Assembly (NCBI GenBank): GCA_964411285.1
Contig: CAYPKL010000187.1
Location: 1 to 39,244, forward strand
Source of the DNA: an uncultured Rikenellaceae bacterium
Lineage (GTDB): Bacteria; Bacteroidota; Bacteroidia; Bacteroidales; VadinHA17
Length of the DNA stretch: 39,244 nucleotides
Direction: 5' to 3'
A model generated the notes under the pieces. That model ran no database searches and was not told the DNA's origin. It saw only the letters and a list, made by a program, of their open reading frames with translations. Position numbers and translations under genes: made by a program. Positions 18,734 through 27,770 of this stretch are shown one piece after another. Every line of letters begins with the position of its first letter. The first letter of the stretch is position 1.

Positions 18734-19336
18734 CTAAAGATACTCAATTGATTCCGGCCCCATATTGAATATAAGGTCAAGAATACTTAGCCGGGGTACA
18801 AATCCGCTGTTATTAAATACTTGTATATATGCCTTTTGATGGATATCTGACTTCACTTTTGGTGATATTCGGTACCTAAAATCATTATCTGGAACGGTAA
18901 CAGGTTCGTAAGAAAGGGTGTAAGAAATATTCTTATTTATTTGAAGGATTTCAAGGCATTTCTTAAGCAGTTCAATATTAAGATCGAGAAGGAATTTGTG
19001 ATTGCTGATCAGTATCTTTTCAAAACTGTCAGAAAAAAACTGGAAATAGGGTGAACGGTTATAAGAGGAGGTGAGGGCCCTTAAATGAATCTGCTGCCAT
19101 CTTTTTGAGTAATCGATCCTTACATCCTTTGTTTGTGTTTTAATACTTCCGCCTTTGAGAACAGGGACAGAAAGGTTCATTATACCGTTTGATGTGAGAA
19201 TCCTGCACCTGTTACGGTATGTCTGCTTCAGATAATTTTCTTCCTGTTCAATGCAGACTTCTTCAGAATTCCTGATATGACCGAAATATTCTGAGGGAGG
19301 GAAATAGGCAGTAGAGAGTAGTATTTTCCCGGGCAT
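18734..19336 (-). CDS. WbqC-family protein (function unknown)
   Basis: N-terminus 'LSTAYFPPSEYFGHI...EENYLKQTYRNRCRILTSNGIMNLSVPV' matches my memory of the WbqC-like family signature. The gene starts 7 nt after the larB stop. Confidence 0.7.
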   Translation of the reverse strand: MPGKILLSTAYFPPSEYFGHIRNSEEVCIEQEENYLKQTYRNRCRILTSNGIMNLSVPVLKGGSIKTQTKDVRIDYSKRWQQIHLRALTSSYNRSPYFQFFSDSFEKILISNHKFLLDLNIELLKKCLEILQINKNISYTLSYEPVTVPDNDFRYRISPKVKSDIHQKAYIQVFNNSGFVPRLSILDLIFNMGPESIEYL

Positions 19337-19343
19337 AAAAAAT

Positions 19344-20093
19344 CTACTTCATCTGATTGATCATACTTGCAGAAAAACCGGCTCCGAATCCATTATCGAT
19401 ATTTACCACGGTCACGCCGGAGGAGCAGCTGGTGAGCATCGCGAGAAGTGCGGAGATGCCTCCGAAATTTGCACCATATCCTACACTTGTAGGTACTGCA
19501 ATTACAGGTTTATCTACCAGACCGCCTACTACGCTTGCCAGTGCACCTTCCATTCCTGCTATTACAATAACTACCCTGCAGCTTCTTATTTCCGGTAGCT
19601 TGTCGACCAGACGGTGAATCCCCGCAACTCCGGCATCGTAAATCCTTAATATTTTATTACCAAGAAGTTCAGCGGTTACCGCAGCTTCTTCTGCAACAGG
19701 AATATCAGATGTCCCGGCGGTAATAACTGCAATTCTACCTTCCGGACTTACAAGTTTCTTCTTCTGAACGCTAATGATCCTGGCTTCGGGATAAAAAAGT
19801 GCTGAAGCGACTGCTTTTTTCACAGCCTTAAACATCTCTTCACTGGCACGCGTTCCAACAACATTGTTTTCTTTCTCAGACATTATTCTGAAAATTTCAA
19901 CCACCTGACCGACTGATTTGCCTGCACAATATATAATTTCAGGGTAGCCGGTACGAATTTCCCTGTGATGATCTATTCTTGCAAATCCAAGATCTTTGTA
20001 AGGAAAATCTCTGAGGACTTCAAGAGCCTGTTCAACACTTTTTTTTCCATCCCTTACTTCATTAAGAAGATTTTCAATTTCTTTTTTTGTCAT
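19344..20093 (-). CDS. larB: Nickel-pincer cofactor biosynthesis protein LarB (PurE-like NaAD carboxylase/hydrolase)
   Basis: ~120-aa N-terminal extension followed by a PurE-like domain 'IAVITAGTSDIPVAEEAAVTAELLG...VIVIAGMEGALASVVGG'. The start overlaps the larE stop (ATGA). Confidence 0.85.
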   Translation of the reverse strand: MTKKEIENLLNEVRDGKKSVEQALEVLRDFPYKDLGFARIDHHREIRTGYPEIIYCAGKSVGQVVEIFRIMSEKENNVVGTRASEEMFKAVKKAVASALFYPEARIISVQKKKLVSPEGRIAVITAGTSDIPVAEEAAVTAELLGNKILRIYDAGVAGIHRLVDKLPEIRSCRVVIVIAGMEGALASVVGGLVDKPVIAVPTSVGYGANFGGISALLAMLTSCSSGVTVVNIDNGFGAGFSASMINQMK

Positions 20094-20893
20094 ACAATTG
20101 AATTTACCGGATCGGAGCTACCTGATCTGTATCCTTCGAGATCCAAAGATATATATCTGAATCCGATTTTTTTTAGATTCTCTATAATAAGTTCTTTTTC
20201 AGGTGTGTGAACAATCTTTTCCAGATATCCCGGGAGGCACTCAAGTCTTGCCAGATCACCATGGACTCTGACTCTGGTTCCCGGATAGCCTTTTGAAGTA
20301 AGAAAATACTCTGCTTTTTCAATCATATTAAGCACTACGGTATCGATTTCATTATTATAAGGAATTCTTGTAAGCAGACAGGCCATTGCAGGTTTGTCCC
20401 AAAACTGAAGGCCGGAATGGTGTGAAATCTCCCTTATATCATTTTTCGTCATTCCTGCCTCGAGCAGCGGACTTCTTATATTTAGCTCCTGTAAAGCTTT
20501 AAGCCCGGGCCTGAAAACTTTTGTGTCATCCGCATTTGTTCCGTCAATAACGTGGCTGTATCCATTTTCTGCTGCAAACGAAAGTAATTCCGTAAAAAGA
20601 GTCTTTTTACAGAGATAACATCTTTCAACTGGATTATTTCTGATAACCTCAGGGAAAGTAATATCTATTATTTTGTGATTTATTCTGTGGGTTATGGCAA
20701 ACTCAGCAGCTTCTTTTATTTCAACGGCTGGAATATAGGGTGTCCTGATTGTTACACCAACGATATTGAGACTCTTCAGAGTATGCGCCCTGTAAAGAAG
20801 AAATGAACTGTCAACTCCTCCTGAAAAGGCAACGACGAATGATTTGAGGTCCTTCAGAATTGTATCGAGTTTTTCCAGTAGATTATTTTCCAT
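20090..20893 (-). CDS. larE: NPN cofactor sulfur-insertion protein LarE (ATP pyrophosphatase, PP-loop)
   Basis: PP-loop 'VAFSGGVDSS', 'CYLCKK' (C92, C95) and 'PAMACLLTRIPY' (C172). Confidence 0.85.
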   Translation of the reverse strand: MENNLLEKLDTILKDLKSFVVAFSGGVDSSFLLYRAHTLKSLNIVGVTIRTPYIPAVEIKEAAEFAITHRINHKIIDITFPEVIRNNPVERCYLCKKTLFTELLSFAAENGYSHVIDGTNADDTKVFRPGLKALQELNIRSPLLEAGMTKNDIREISHHSGLQFWDKPAMACLLTRIPYNNEIDTVVLNMIEKAEYFLTSKGYPGTRVRVHGDLARLECLPGYLEKIVHTPEKELIIENLKKIGFRYISLDLEGYRSGSSDPVNSIV

Positions 20894-20896
20894 GGT

Positions 20897-22075
20897 TTAA
20901 TTCTGAGCCTTGGTTATTACTGAAATAATATTGTTATATACATCTTTTAAGGGGATTCTCCTTTCCAGGGCAATTCTTTTGCAATCTTCAAATTCAGGTT
21001 TAACAGATACCACTTTCCCCTTGAAATATGAGTGTTTTAAAGTGACCTCACCATATATTGTGGGAACCTTGCTGAATTCTCTTACAAGAGTATCTTTCCT
21101 GAATTGAAAAGTTCTGATCCCAAGTGATGTTGACTCTGAGAACACGATCTCTTTAACTAAGTCAGCCAGACCTGTTTCGCAGATTATGTTCAGTATTATT
21201 CCGGGTCTTCCTTTTTTCATGATGATGTTTGTATAAAACACATCTGAAGCGCCTGCTTTAAAAAGCCGGTCGGATATGTGCTCATAGAATTCAGGATTCA
21301 TGTCGTCGATATTACACTCAATATGGAGAGCATCATGTCCTGTATTTTCATTATCAGCAATTTCTCCAAGCGAAACTCTCAGAAGATTAGGAACATCAGG
21401 ATGATCCTTATGACCAACTCCATAGGCTGTTTTACTGATCCTGACAGAAGCGTTGCTGCCAAAATCAGTTCCCAGAGCGGAAAGTATTGCAGCACCGGTT
21501 GGGGTTGTTGCCTCAAAATCGACCCCCCCCTTCCTTACAGGAATCCCTTTGATGATTTCAATTGTTGCCGGAGCAGGAACAGGTAGTTTGCCATGTTCAC
21601 ATCTGACAAAACCTCCGCCAAGTTCAACTTCTGATACAAAAACCCTGTCAACATTAAGGGCATGAAAACAAATTGCTGCACCTGTAATATCAATAATGGA
21701 ATCAATGGCTCCAACCTCATGAAAATGAACCTCATTCACATCGATCCCATGAACAAGAGCTTCTGCTTCGGCCACCTTTCTGAAAATCTTCATTCCCGTT
21801 TTCTTAACGTCCTCATTAAGTGAGGAACCTGAAATTATTTGCTCAATATCTGAAAGGTGCCTGTGATTGTGATCATGGAGGGTCTGCTTTACCGTGACTT
21901 TGGTTCCCATTATGCCGTGCCGCTGGTCTTTTTCTGAAATCAGTTCCCAGCCTTTGAGATTTAATTTACTTAGTTCTTTAATAAGGAAATCTTTGTCGAC
22001 TCCTAACTCCAGCATTGCACCTAAATTCATATCACCGCTGATCCCGGAAAAACAATCATAAAATAATACTTTCAT
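20897..22075 (-). CDS. larC: Nickel insertion protein LarC (DUF111), single intact ORF
   Basis: N-terminus 'MKVLFYDCFSGISGDMNLGAM', His-rich 'TLHDHNHRHLSD', and a length typical of full LarC1+LarC2. Confidence 0.88.
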   Translation of the reverse strand: MKVLFYDCFSGISGDMNLGAMLELGVDKDFLIKELSKLNLKGWELISEKDQRHGIMGTKVTVKQTLHDHNHRHLSDIEQIISGSSLNEDVKKTGMKIFRKVAEAEALVHGIDVNEVHFHEVGAIDSIIDITGAAICFHALNVDRVFVSEVELGGGFVRCEHGKLPVPAPATIEIIKGIPVRKGGVDFEATTPTGAAILSALGTDFGSNASVRISKTAYGVGHKDHPDVPNLLRVSLGEIADNENTGHDALHIECNIDDMNPEFYEHISDRLFKAGASDVFYTNIIMKKGRPGIILNIICETGLADLVKEIVFSESTSLGIRTFQFRKDTLVREFSKVPTIYGEVTLKHSYFKGKVVSVKPEFEDCKRIALERRIPLKDVYNNIISVITKAQN

Positions 22076-22253
22076 ACATTCTTAACATTAAAAATATTAA
22101 ACAAATAATAACAAGGAAAGTTAATATAGATCAAATTCTGATTAATGAATTCAATCGGGTTGCTAATATACAATTTACATTGATTATGGAATAATAATAA
22201 AAAAATGTCGTATTTTTCGAATCCTTTCTGTTTATGGTTAGCAATGATTGGAA

Positions 22254-23177
22254 ATGATGAAAAGAAGAGCTTTTTTTAAAACCTCTCTCAGTGCCGGACT
22301 AGCCACAGGAGCTGTTTTTAGCTTAGGTGGTTATAATAAACTATGGGCATCTTCTCCGGTTGCTGCAAAATACGATATGATTGCAGTTATGGGTGGTAAC
22401 CCTGACTCAATGTTCGATCTGGGCATACAGGAGTTGGGAGGGATAGGTGAATTTGTAAAGAAAGGTCAAAAAGTACTGATTAAACCTAATATTGGATGGG
22501 ATGTCCTGCCTGACCTCGCTGCAAATACCAATCCCCTGCTTGTAAAAAGAATTATAGAACACTGCTTTAAAGCTGGTGCTAAGGAAGTTTATGTACTCGA
22601 TCATTCAATTGACAACTGGATAAATACCTATAAGAATTCCGGTATTGAAAAAGCCGCTAAATCAGCCGGGGCAAAAGTAGTACCCGCTAATTCTGAAAAA
22701 TATTATCAGGAGATAAGTATTCCCGCCGGAGTAAAGCTTAAAAACGCTAAAGTCCATGAGCTTCTACTGGAGACAGATGTTTATATAAACGTTCCTGTTT
22801 TAAAGGACCACAACTCAACACGAATGACCTGTTCCCTGAAAAATGCAATGGGACTTGTCTGGAACAGGGGATACTGGCATGCCAACAACCTCCATCAGTG
22901 CATTGCCGATTTTGCGTTGTTTGAGAAGAAACCGGCGCTTAATATTATTGACTGCTACAATGTTCTCGTAAAACATGGTCCAATGGGAGTTTCAAAAGAA
23001 GATGTTGTACAAATGAAGTCACTTATTATAACAACTGACTGGGTTGCAGGTGATGCCGCTGCTGCCAAAATGCTTGGTATTGAACCTGAAAAAATTGATT
23101 ATCTTCTTATTGCAAGCAAAATGGGAATTGGGAACATCAAGCTGGACACGCTTAATATTAAGCGTATTAAAATGTAG
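22254..23177 (+). CDS. Tat-signal DUF362-domain protein
   Basis: Twin-arginine signal 'MMKRRAFFKTSLSAGLATGAVF'. DUF362-like motifs 'KVLIKPNIG', 'VPVLKDHNSTRMTCSLKNAMG' and 'IIDCYNVLVKHGPMG' are present. There is no Cys cluster motif. Confidence 0.65.
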   Translation: MMKRRAFFKTSLSAGLATGAVFSLGGYNKLWASSPVAAKYDMIAVMGGNPDSMFDLGIQELGGIGEFVKKGQKVLIKPNIGWDVLPDLAANTNPLLVKRIIEHCFKAGAKEVYVLDHSIDNWINTYKNSGIEKAAKSAGAKVVPANSEKYYQEISIPAGVKLKNAKVHELLLETDVYINVPVLKDHNSTRMTCSLKNAMGLVWNRGYWHANNLHQCIADFALFEKKPALNIIDCYNVLVKHGPMGVSKEDVVQMKSLIITTDWVAGDAAAAKMLGIEPEKIDYLLIASKMGIGNIKLDTLNIKRIKM

Positions 23178-23183
23178 TTGAAA

Positions 23184-24743
23184 ATGACCTCATCCTTTCT
23201 CAGAAGATTTCGCATAGTTTTTTCTGCAGTTATCCTGGTATTCTTCATTTTTATTTTTATCGATTTCAAAGCGATAATGCCTAAGAATTATATTAATTAT
23301 CTGCTTTATTTCCAGTTTATTCCTTCTGTTATAAAATTTTTTAACCTTAAGACAATTGCTGCAGGAGGATTTTTAGTTGTGCTGTTACTTACTCTCCTCT
23401 CCGGCAGGACATATTGCTCATTCCTTTGTCCTCTTGGAATAGGACAGGACCTTTTCAGCAGAATAGGTGGTTACATCAAAAAAAAATTCAGAAGGTTTGG
23501 TTATAAAAAACCTTATACAATTATCCGTTATTCAATTCTGGTTATTACAATCGCCGGGACTATAATCTGGGGTATATATTTTTTGACACTCCTGGATCCC
23601 TACAGCATATTCGGCAGATTTATGACCTATCTTATAAAACCGGTTGTTTTATTGTTAAATAATTTTTTTTCGGGGATACTTGTTAAATTTGATAATTATT
23701 CATTAAATCATATTCAACTGGATGGCTATGAACTTATTACTTACTCCTTACCATCAGCTTTCTTCATTATTGTAGGCCTCCTGTCACTGACAAAAGGCAG
23801 ACTCTATTGTAATATGATCTGTCCGGTAGGTACTTTTCTGGGATTTCTGTCAAAAATATCACTTTTCCGGATCAGGTACAATGAAAGCAAGTGTACCCGA
23901 TGCGGAAGATGTTCAATTGGATGTAAATCTTCATGTATCGACTTCCTGAATCACGAAATTGATGTAACCCGGTGTGTTAATTGTTTTGACTGCATTTATA
24001 CTTGTCCCGAAAAAGCTTTGTCTTACACCTTTATTGGTCACGAAACTGAAGACCGGAAAACTGATGAGAGCAAACGTAAATTTATCGCCGGATCACTTCT
24101 TCTTCTTTTTGGCATACCATATTCTTCAAGAGGACAGGAGAAAAGCGTTCCTGTTCCGAAAAGAGAGTCTACCGTTAAAGAAGAAAAAACATTTCCGGTC
24201 TGCCCTCCGGGCGCCGGATCTATTGAGGATTTCAACAGTCATTGTACAGCTTGCTCACTTTGCATTACAGTGTGCCCGAATAATGTGCTTGAGCCGGCCA
24301 TAAGGCAATACGGTATAGCTGGATTTATGCAGCCGGTGATGGATTATCATAAAGGTTTCTGTCAGTATAACTGCACAAAATGTACAGAAATTTGTCCCAC
24401 CTATGCATTAAAACCACTTTCTCTCGAGGCTAAGAAACTGAGTCAGATCGGGAAAGCTATATTTATTAAGGACAATTGCATCGTTAAAACTGAGAAGACT
24501 GCCTGTGGAGCCTGCTCAGAAAGCTGTCCGACAAAAGCTGTTTACATGATCCCGTATGAGGGTAATCTTGTTATTCCTGAAACAAACGAGGAAATATGTA
24601 TTGGCTGCGGACATTGTGAAAATGCTTGTCCGACAACTCCATACAAAGCTATTTATGTAAATGGTAATCCTATACATCTTGCAGCCAAAAAGCCTGAAGT
24701 AAAAGAAACGGGAATTACCAAACCTGAGGATTTCCCGTTTTAG
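23184..24743 (+). CDS. Membrane-bound NapH/MauN-like polyferredoxin (multiple 4Fe-4S motifs)
   Basis: The N-terminal half has several TM helices and two CxxxCP motifs ('CSFLCPLG', 'CNMICPVG'). The C-terminal half has about six ferredoxin-type motifs ('CTRCGRCSIGC', 'CVNCFDCIYTCP', 'CTACSLCITVCP', 'CTKCTEICP', 'CGACSESCP', 'CIGCGHCENACP'). Confidence 0.8.
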   Translation: MTSSFLRRFRIVFSAVILVFFIFIFIDFKAIMPKNYINYLLYFQFIPSVIKFFNLKTIAAGGFLVVLLLTLLSGRTYCSFLCPLGIGQDLFSRIGGYIKKKFRRFGYKKPYTIIRYSILVITIAGTIIWGIYFLTLLDPYSIFGRFMTYLIKPVVLLLNNFFSGILVKFDNYSLNHIQLDGYELITYSLPSAFFIIVGLLSLTKGRLYCNMICPVGTFLGFLSKISLFRIRYNESKCTRCGRCSIGCKSSCIDFLNHEIDVTRCVNCFDCIYTCPEKALSYTFIGHETEDRKTDESKRKFIAGSLLLLFGIPYSSRGQEKSVPVPKRESTVKEEKTFPVCPPGAGSIEDFNSHCTACSLCITVCPNNVLEPAIRQYGIAGFMQPVMDYHKGFCQYNCTKCTEICPTYALKPLSLEAKKLSQIGKAIFIKDNCIVKTEKTACGACSESCPTKAVYMIPYEGNLVIPETNEEICIGCGHCENACPTTPYKAIYVNGNPIHLAAKKPEVKETGITKPEDFPF

Positions 24744-24808
24744 CTGATTCTTTTTTTAATAAATCATTAAAACATGATTTTTATCTGCAGTGAGTTCCTT
24801 TTAGCAGC

Positions 24809-24816
24809 TAATTTTG
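24809..24816 (+). promoter_or_regulatory. Bacteroidota -7 promoter box (TAATTTTG)
   Basis: Exact TAnnTTTG match 35 nt upstream of the mce ATG. Confidence 0.5.
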
Positions 24817-24850
24817 TTCTTTTATATCTTTCATAATAGAGCCACTGATA

Positions 24851-25255
24851 ATGAATCCCTCACATATTGAACATATTGGAATTGCAGTTGAAAATCTCGA
24901 GAATTCAATCAGATTATACGAAACTATCTTCGGATTAAGTTGCTACAGAATTGAAGAAGTAGCCGACCAGAAAGTCCGTACCGCATTTTTCAAAATAGGC
25001 AAGACAAAAATTGAGCTTCTGGAATCGACAGACCCCGAAGGACCGATCAGTAAATTTATTCAGAAGAGAGGCGAAGGTGTTCATCACCTTGCATTTGCAG
25101 TTGATAATATTGAAGAAAAACTTGAAGCGGCACAAAAAGCAGGGGTAAAACTGATTGATTCTGTTCCAAGAGCAGGGGCAGAGGGATTGGAAATTGCATT
25201 TTTGCACCCGAAGTCCACTTATGGGGTGCTTATTGAATTATGTGAAAAAAAGTAA
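24851..25255 (+). CDS. mce: Methylmalonyl-CoA epimerase (VOC/glyoxalase fold)
   Basis: 'IEHIGIAVENLENSIRLYETIFG...GEGVHHLAFAV...IAFLHPKSTYGVLIEL', 134 aa, located immediately upstream of the carboxyltransferase. Confidence 0.85.
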   Translation: MNPSHIEHIGIAVENLENSIRLYETIFGLSCYRIEEVADQKVRTAFFKIGKTKIELLESTDPEGPISKFIQKRGEGVHHLAFAVDNIEEKLEAAQKAGVKLIDSVPRAGAEGLEIAFLHPKSTYGVLIELCEKK

Positions 25256-25274
25256 ATAAGTTATTATTAAATAA

Positions 25275-26834
25275 ATGGATAGTCAGGAAAAAGTCAAAAA
25301 ATTAATCGACCTGAGAGAAAAAGCCCGTCTGGGAGGAGGAATTCAAAAAATTGACGACCAGCATTCCAAAGGACGATTAACAGCAAGGGAAAGAATTAAT
25401 ATCCTGCTTGATGAAGGCAGTTTCGAAGAGTATGATATGTTCGTGACCCACAGGACTGAAGATTTTGGAATGGGTAATAAAAAATATCTTTCCGATGGAG
25501 TTGTTACAGGTCATGGTACCATTGACGGAAGAGTAGTGTTTATTTTTGCCCAGGACTTTACAATATTCGGCGGATCACTGTCGGAAACATTTGCTCTTAA
25601 AATCTGTAAGATAATGGATCAGGCCATGAAAGTTGGAGCTCCTGTAATTGGTATTAACGACAGCGGAGGAGCAAGGATCCAGGAAGGTGTAAGAAGCCTG
25701 GCCGGATATGCCGAAATTTTCCAGCGTAATATTCTGGCATCAGGCGTGATTCCACAAATATCAGCAGTCTTTGGCCCGTGCGCGGGAGGAGCAGTTTATT
25801 CGCCCGCTCTTACTGACTTCATCATTATGAGTGAGAAGAGCAGCTATATGTTCGTAACGGGACCAAAAGTTACAAAAACAGTGACAGGTGAGGATATTTC
25901 AACAGAGAACCTTGGCGGATCCCATGTTCATGGAACCAAATCGGGAGTTGCTCATTTTGTCGTTGATGAGGAGGAACATGGCCTTTTGCTTATCCGCAAA
26001 CTACTTAGTTATCTTCCACAGAATAATATGGAGGAGCCGCCTCTAACCGAATGTGACGATCCGATAGAAAGGAAAGATGATGACCTGAACAGAATTATTC
26101 CTGAAAATACAAATCAACCTTATGAGATAAAGGATATTATTTATAAAATTATTGATAATAATGAATTCCTGGAGATCCACGCCGGGTATGCCAGAAATAT
26201 AGTTGTTGGTTTTGCAAAAATGGGTGGTATGCCTGTTGGAATTGTTGCAAATCAACCTAATTTTCTGGCCGGAGTGCTCGACATAGATGCATCGAGAAAA
26301 GCAGCAAGATTTGTAAGGTTTTGTGATGCTTTTAACATTCCTATTATTACCCTGGTTGATGTCCCCGGCTTCCTGCCAGGCAGTGGACAGGAGTATGGCG
26401 GCATAATCGTCCATGGGGCAAAATTGATGTTTGCTTATGGAGAGGCCACAGTACCAAAAGTTACGGTCACTCTGCGAAAGTCGTATGGGGGAGCTCATTG
26501 CGTAATGTCATCAAAACAGTTGCATGGCGATATTAATTATGCATGGCCTTCAGCCGAAATTGCCGTGATGGGGCCATCAGGGGCAATAGAGATCCTCGAA
26601 GGCAGGACATTAAGTGAGATTAATGACCCTGATAAAAAAGCGTCATACATTTCTGAAAAGGAAACTGAATACCGGAATAAATTTGCAAATCCCTATGAGG
26701 CAGCCAGATATGGCTACATCGACGATGTCATTGAACCCAGGAATACAAGATTCAGAATTATCAGGGCCCTGCGGACTCTGGCAACAAAGAAAGATCCGGG
26801 ACCTATGAAAAAACATGCCAATATACCTTTGTAA
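25275..26834 (+). CDS. mmdA: Methylmalonyl-CoA decarboxylase alpha subunit / acyl-CoA carboxyltransferase
   Basis: Carboxyl-transferase family motifs 'FAQDFTIFGGSL', 'NDSGGARIQEG' and 'GPCAGGAVYSPALTDF', 519 aa. The decarboxylase assignment (rather than carboxylase) rests on operon context. Confidence 0.85.
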   Translation: MDSQEKVKKLIDLREKARLGGGIQKIDDQHSKGRLTARERINILLDEGSFEEYDMFVTHRTEDFGMGNKKYLSDGVVTGHGTIDGRVVFIFAQDFTIFGGSLSETFALKICKIMDQAMKVGAPVIGINDSGGARIQEGVRSLAGYAEIFQRNILASGVIPQISAVFGPCAGGAVYSPALTDFIIMSEKSSYMFVTGPKVTKTVTGEDISTENLGGSHVHGTKSGVAHFVVDEEEHGLLLIRKLLSYLPQNNMEEPPLTECDDPIERKDDDLNRIIPENTNQPYEIKDIIYKIIDNNEFLEIHAGYARNIVVGFAKMGGMPVGIVANQPNFLAGVLDIDASRKAARFVRFCDAFNIPIITLVDVPGFLPGSGQEYGGIIVHGAKLMFAYGEATVPKVTVTLRKSYGGAHCVMSSKQLHGDINYAWPSAEIAVMGPSGAIEILEGRTLSEINDPDKKASYISEKETEYRNKFANPYEAARYGYIDDVIEPRNTRFRIIRALRTLATKKDPGPMKKHANIPL

Positions 26835-26845
26835 ATCCGATAAAA

Positions 26846-27208
26846 ATGCATCCTGGCATGATCCTTATTACAGAAATGACACCACACCAGATTACTCTGG
26901 TTAATGTGCTTATAATTTTAAATATAGCTTTACTTTCAGTTGTATTCCTGTTCCTGTTTTTCCGTTACCTGCTTCCATGGATTTCCACCTTCAGGCCCAA
27001 CAAGAGAAATAACAAAATTTCTGATAAGACAGCTGTGAAGCAATTTCATGATGAGCGTTCCGCTGACAAGGCAGCTGTAGCAATGGCCCTGTACCTTTAT
27101 TTTAATGAAACCCATGATGAGGAGAGCGATATAATTACAGTAAAACGCGTTTCTAAAACATATTCACCATGGAGTTCAAAGTTATACAGTATGCGAAATC
27201 TACGATAG
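26846..27208 (+). CDS. OadG-family / MmdD-like small membrane subunit
   Basis: One TM helix ('LVNVLIILNIALLSVVFLFLFF') followed by 'AAVAMALYLYFNETHDEESDIITVKRVSKTYSPWSS', which resembles the Bacteroidota OadG-like proteins found between mmdA and the BCCP gene. Confidence 0.6.
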   Translation: MHPGMILITEMTPHQITLVNVLIILNIALLSVVFLFLFFRYLLPWISTFRPNKRNNKISDKTAVKQFHDERSADKAAVAMALYLYFNETHDEESDIITVKRVSKTYSPWSSKLYSMRNLR

Positions 27209-27268
27209 TATCAATCTATTTATTATTCACTTAAGCGGTTAGTTAAATAACCGGTTTATTTCTGGGAA

Positions 27269-27688
27269 ATGAAAAACTTTAAATTTGCGATTGACGGAAA
27301 AGAATACGACGTGGAAGTCCTCTCACTCAATGGGACTACTGCTAAATTGAAAGTAAATGGCACTGACTATAACGTTGAGATACAAAAAGAAACGAAAGTC
27401 AATAAGACTCCGATTGTTGTGAGATCATCAATCAGGGAACCTCAGAAAGATATTGAGAAAAAGACCGGCGGTCCGAAAACTGAAGTTAAGTCCCCGCTTC
27501 CAGGCATTATTGTAAAGATATTTGTTACTGTCGGTGAGTCGGTTCAGAAAAATCAGAGATTATTCAGTCTTGAGGCAATGAAAATGGAAAATGAAATAAA
27601 AGCGGAACGAGACGGAGTAATTACAGGTATTAAGGTTGCACCTGGGCAATCAGTACTTCAGGATGAAAATATTTTGGAAATGGATTAG
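27269..27688 (+). CDS. mmdC: Biotin carboxyl carrier protein (MmdC-like)
   Basis: Biotinylation motif 'LEAMKMENEI' in a C-terminal biotinyl/lipoyl domain, 139 aa. Confidence 0.85.
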   Translation: MKNFKFAIDGKEYDVEVLSLNGTTAKLKVNGTDYNVEIQKETKVNKTPIVVRSSIREPQKDIEKKTGGPKTEVKSPLPGIIVKIFVTVGESVQKNQRLFSLEAMKMENEIKAERDGVITGIKVAPGQSVLQDENILEMD

Positions 27689-27762
27689 TAATACCTGCAA
27701 TTTTAATTACCTCACCTGTAATCTATTCTGTTTCTTCCGGCTGTTTACATAAAAAAAAATAG

Positions 27763-27770
27763 TAGGTTTG
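27763..27770 (+). promoter_or_regulatory. Bacteroidota -7 promoter box (TAGGTTTG)
   Basis: Exact TAnnTTTG match 25 nt upstream of the citDE ATG, inside the 106-nt gap after the BCCP gene. It overlaps a small hairpin, gtttgt-attgaa-acaaac. Confidence 0.5.

Noticed and set aside
24761-24786. Hairpin aaatcat-taaaac-atgattt after the polyferredoxin gene, considered as a terminator.
   Set aside because: The stem is entirely A/T (7 bp) with a poor U-tract, which is too weak to call.
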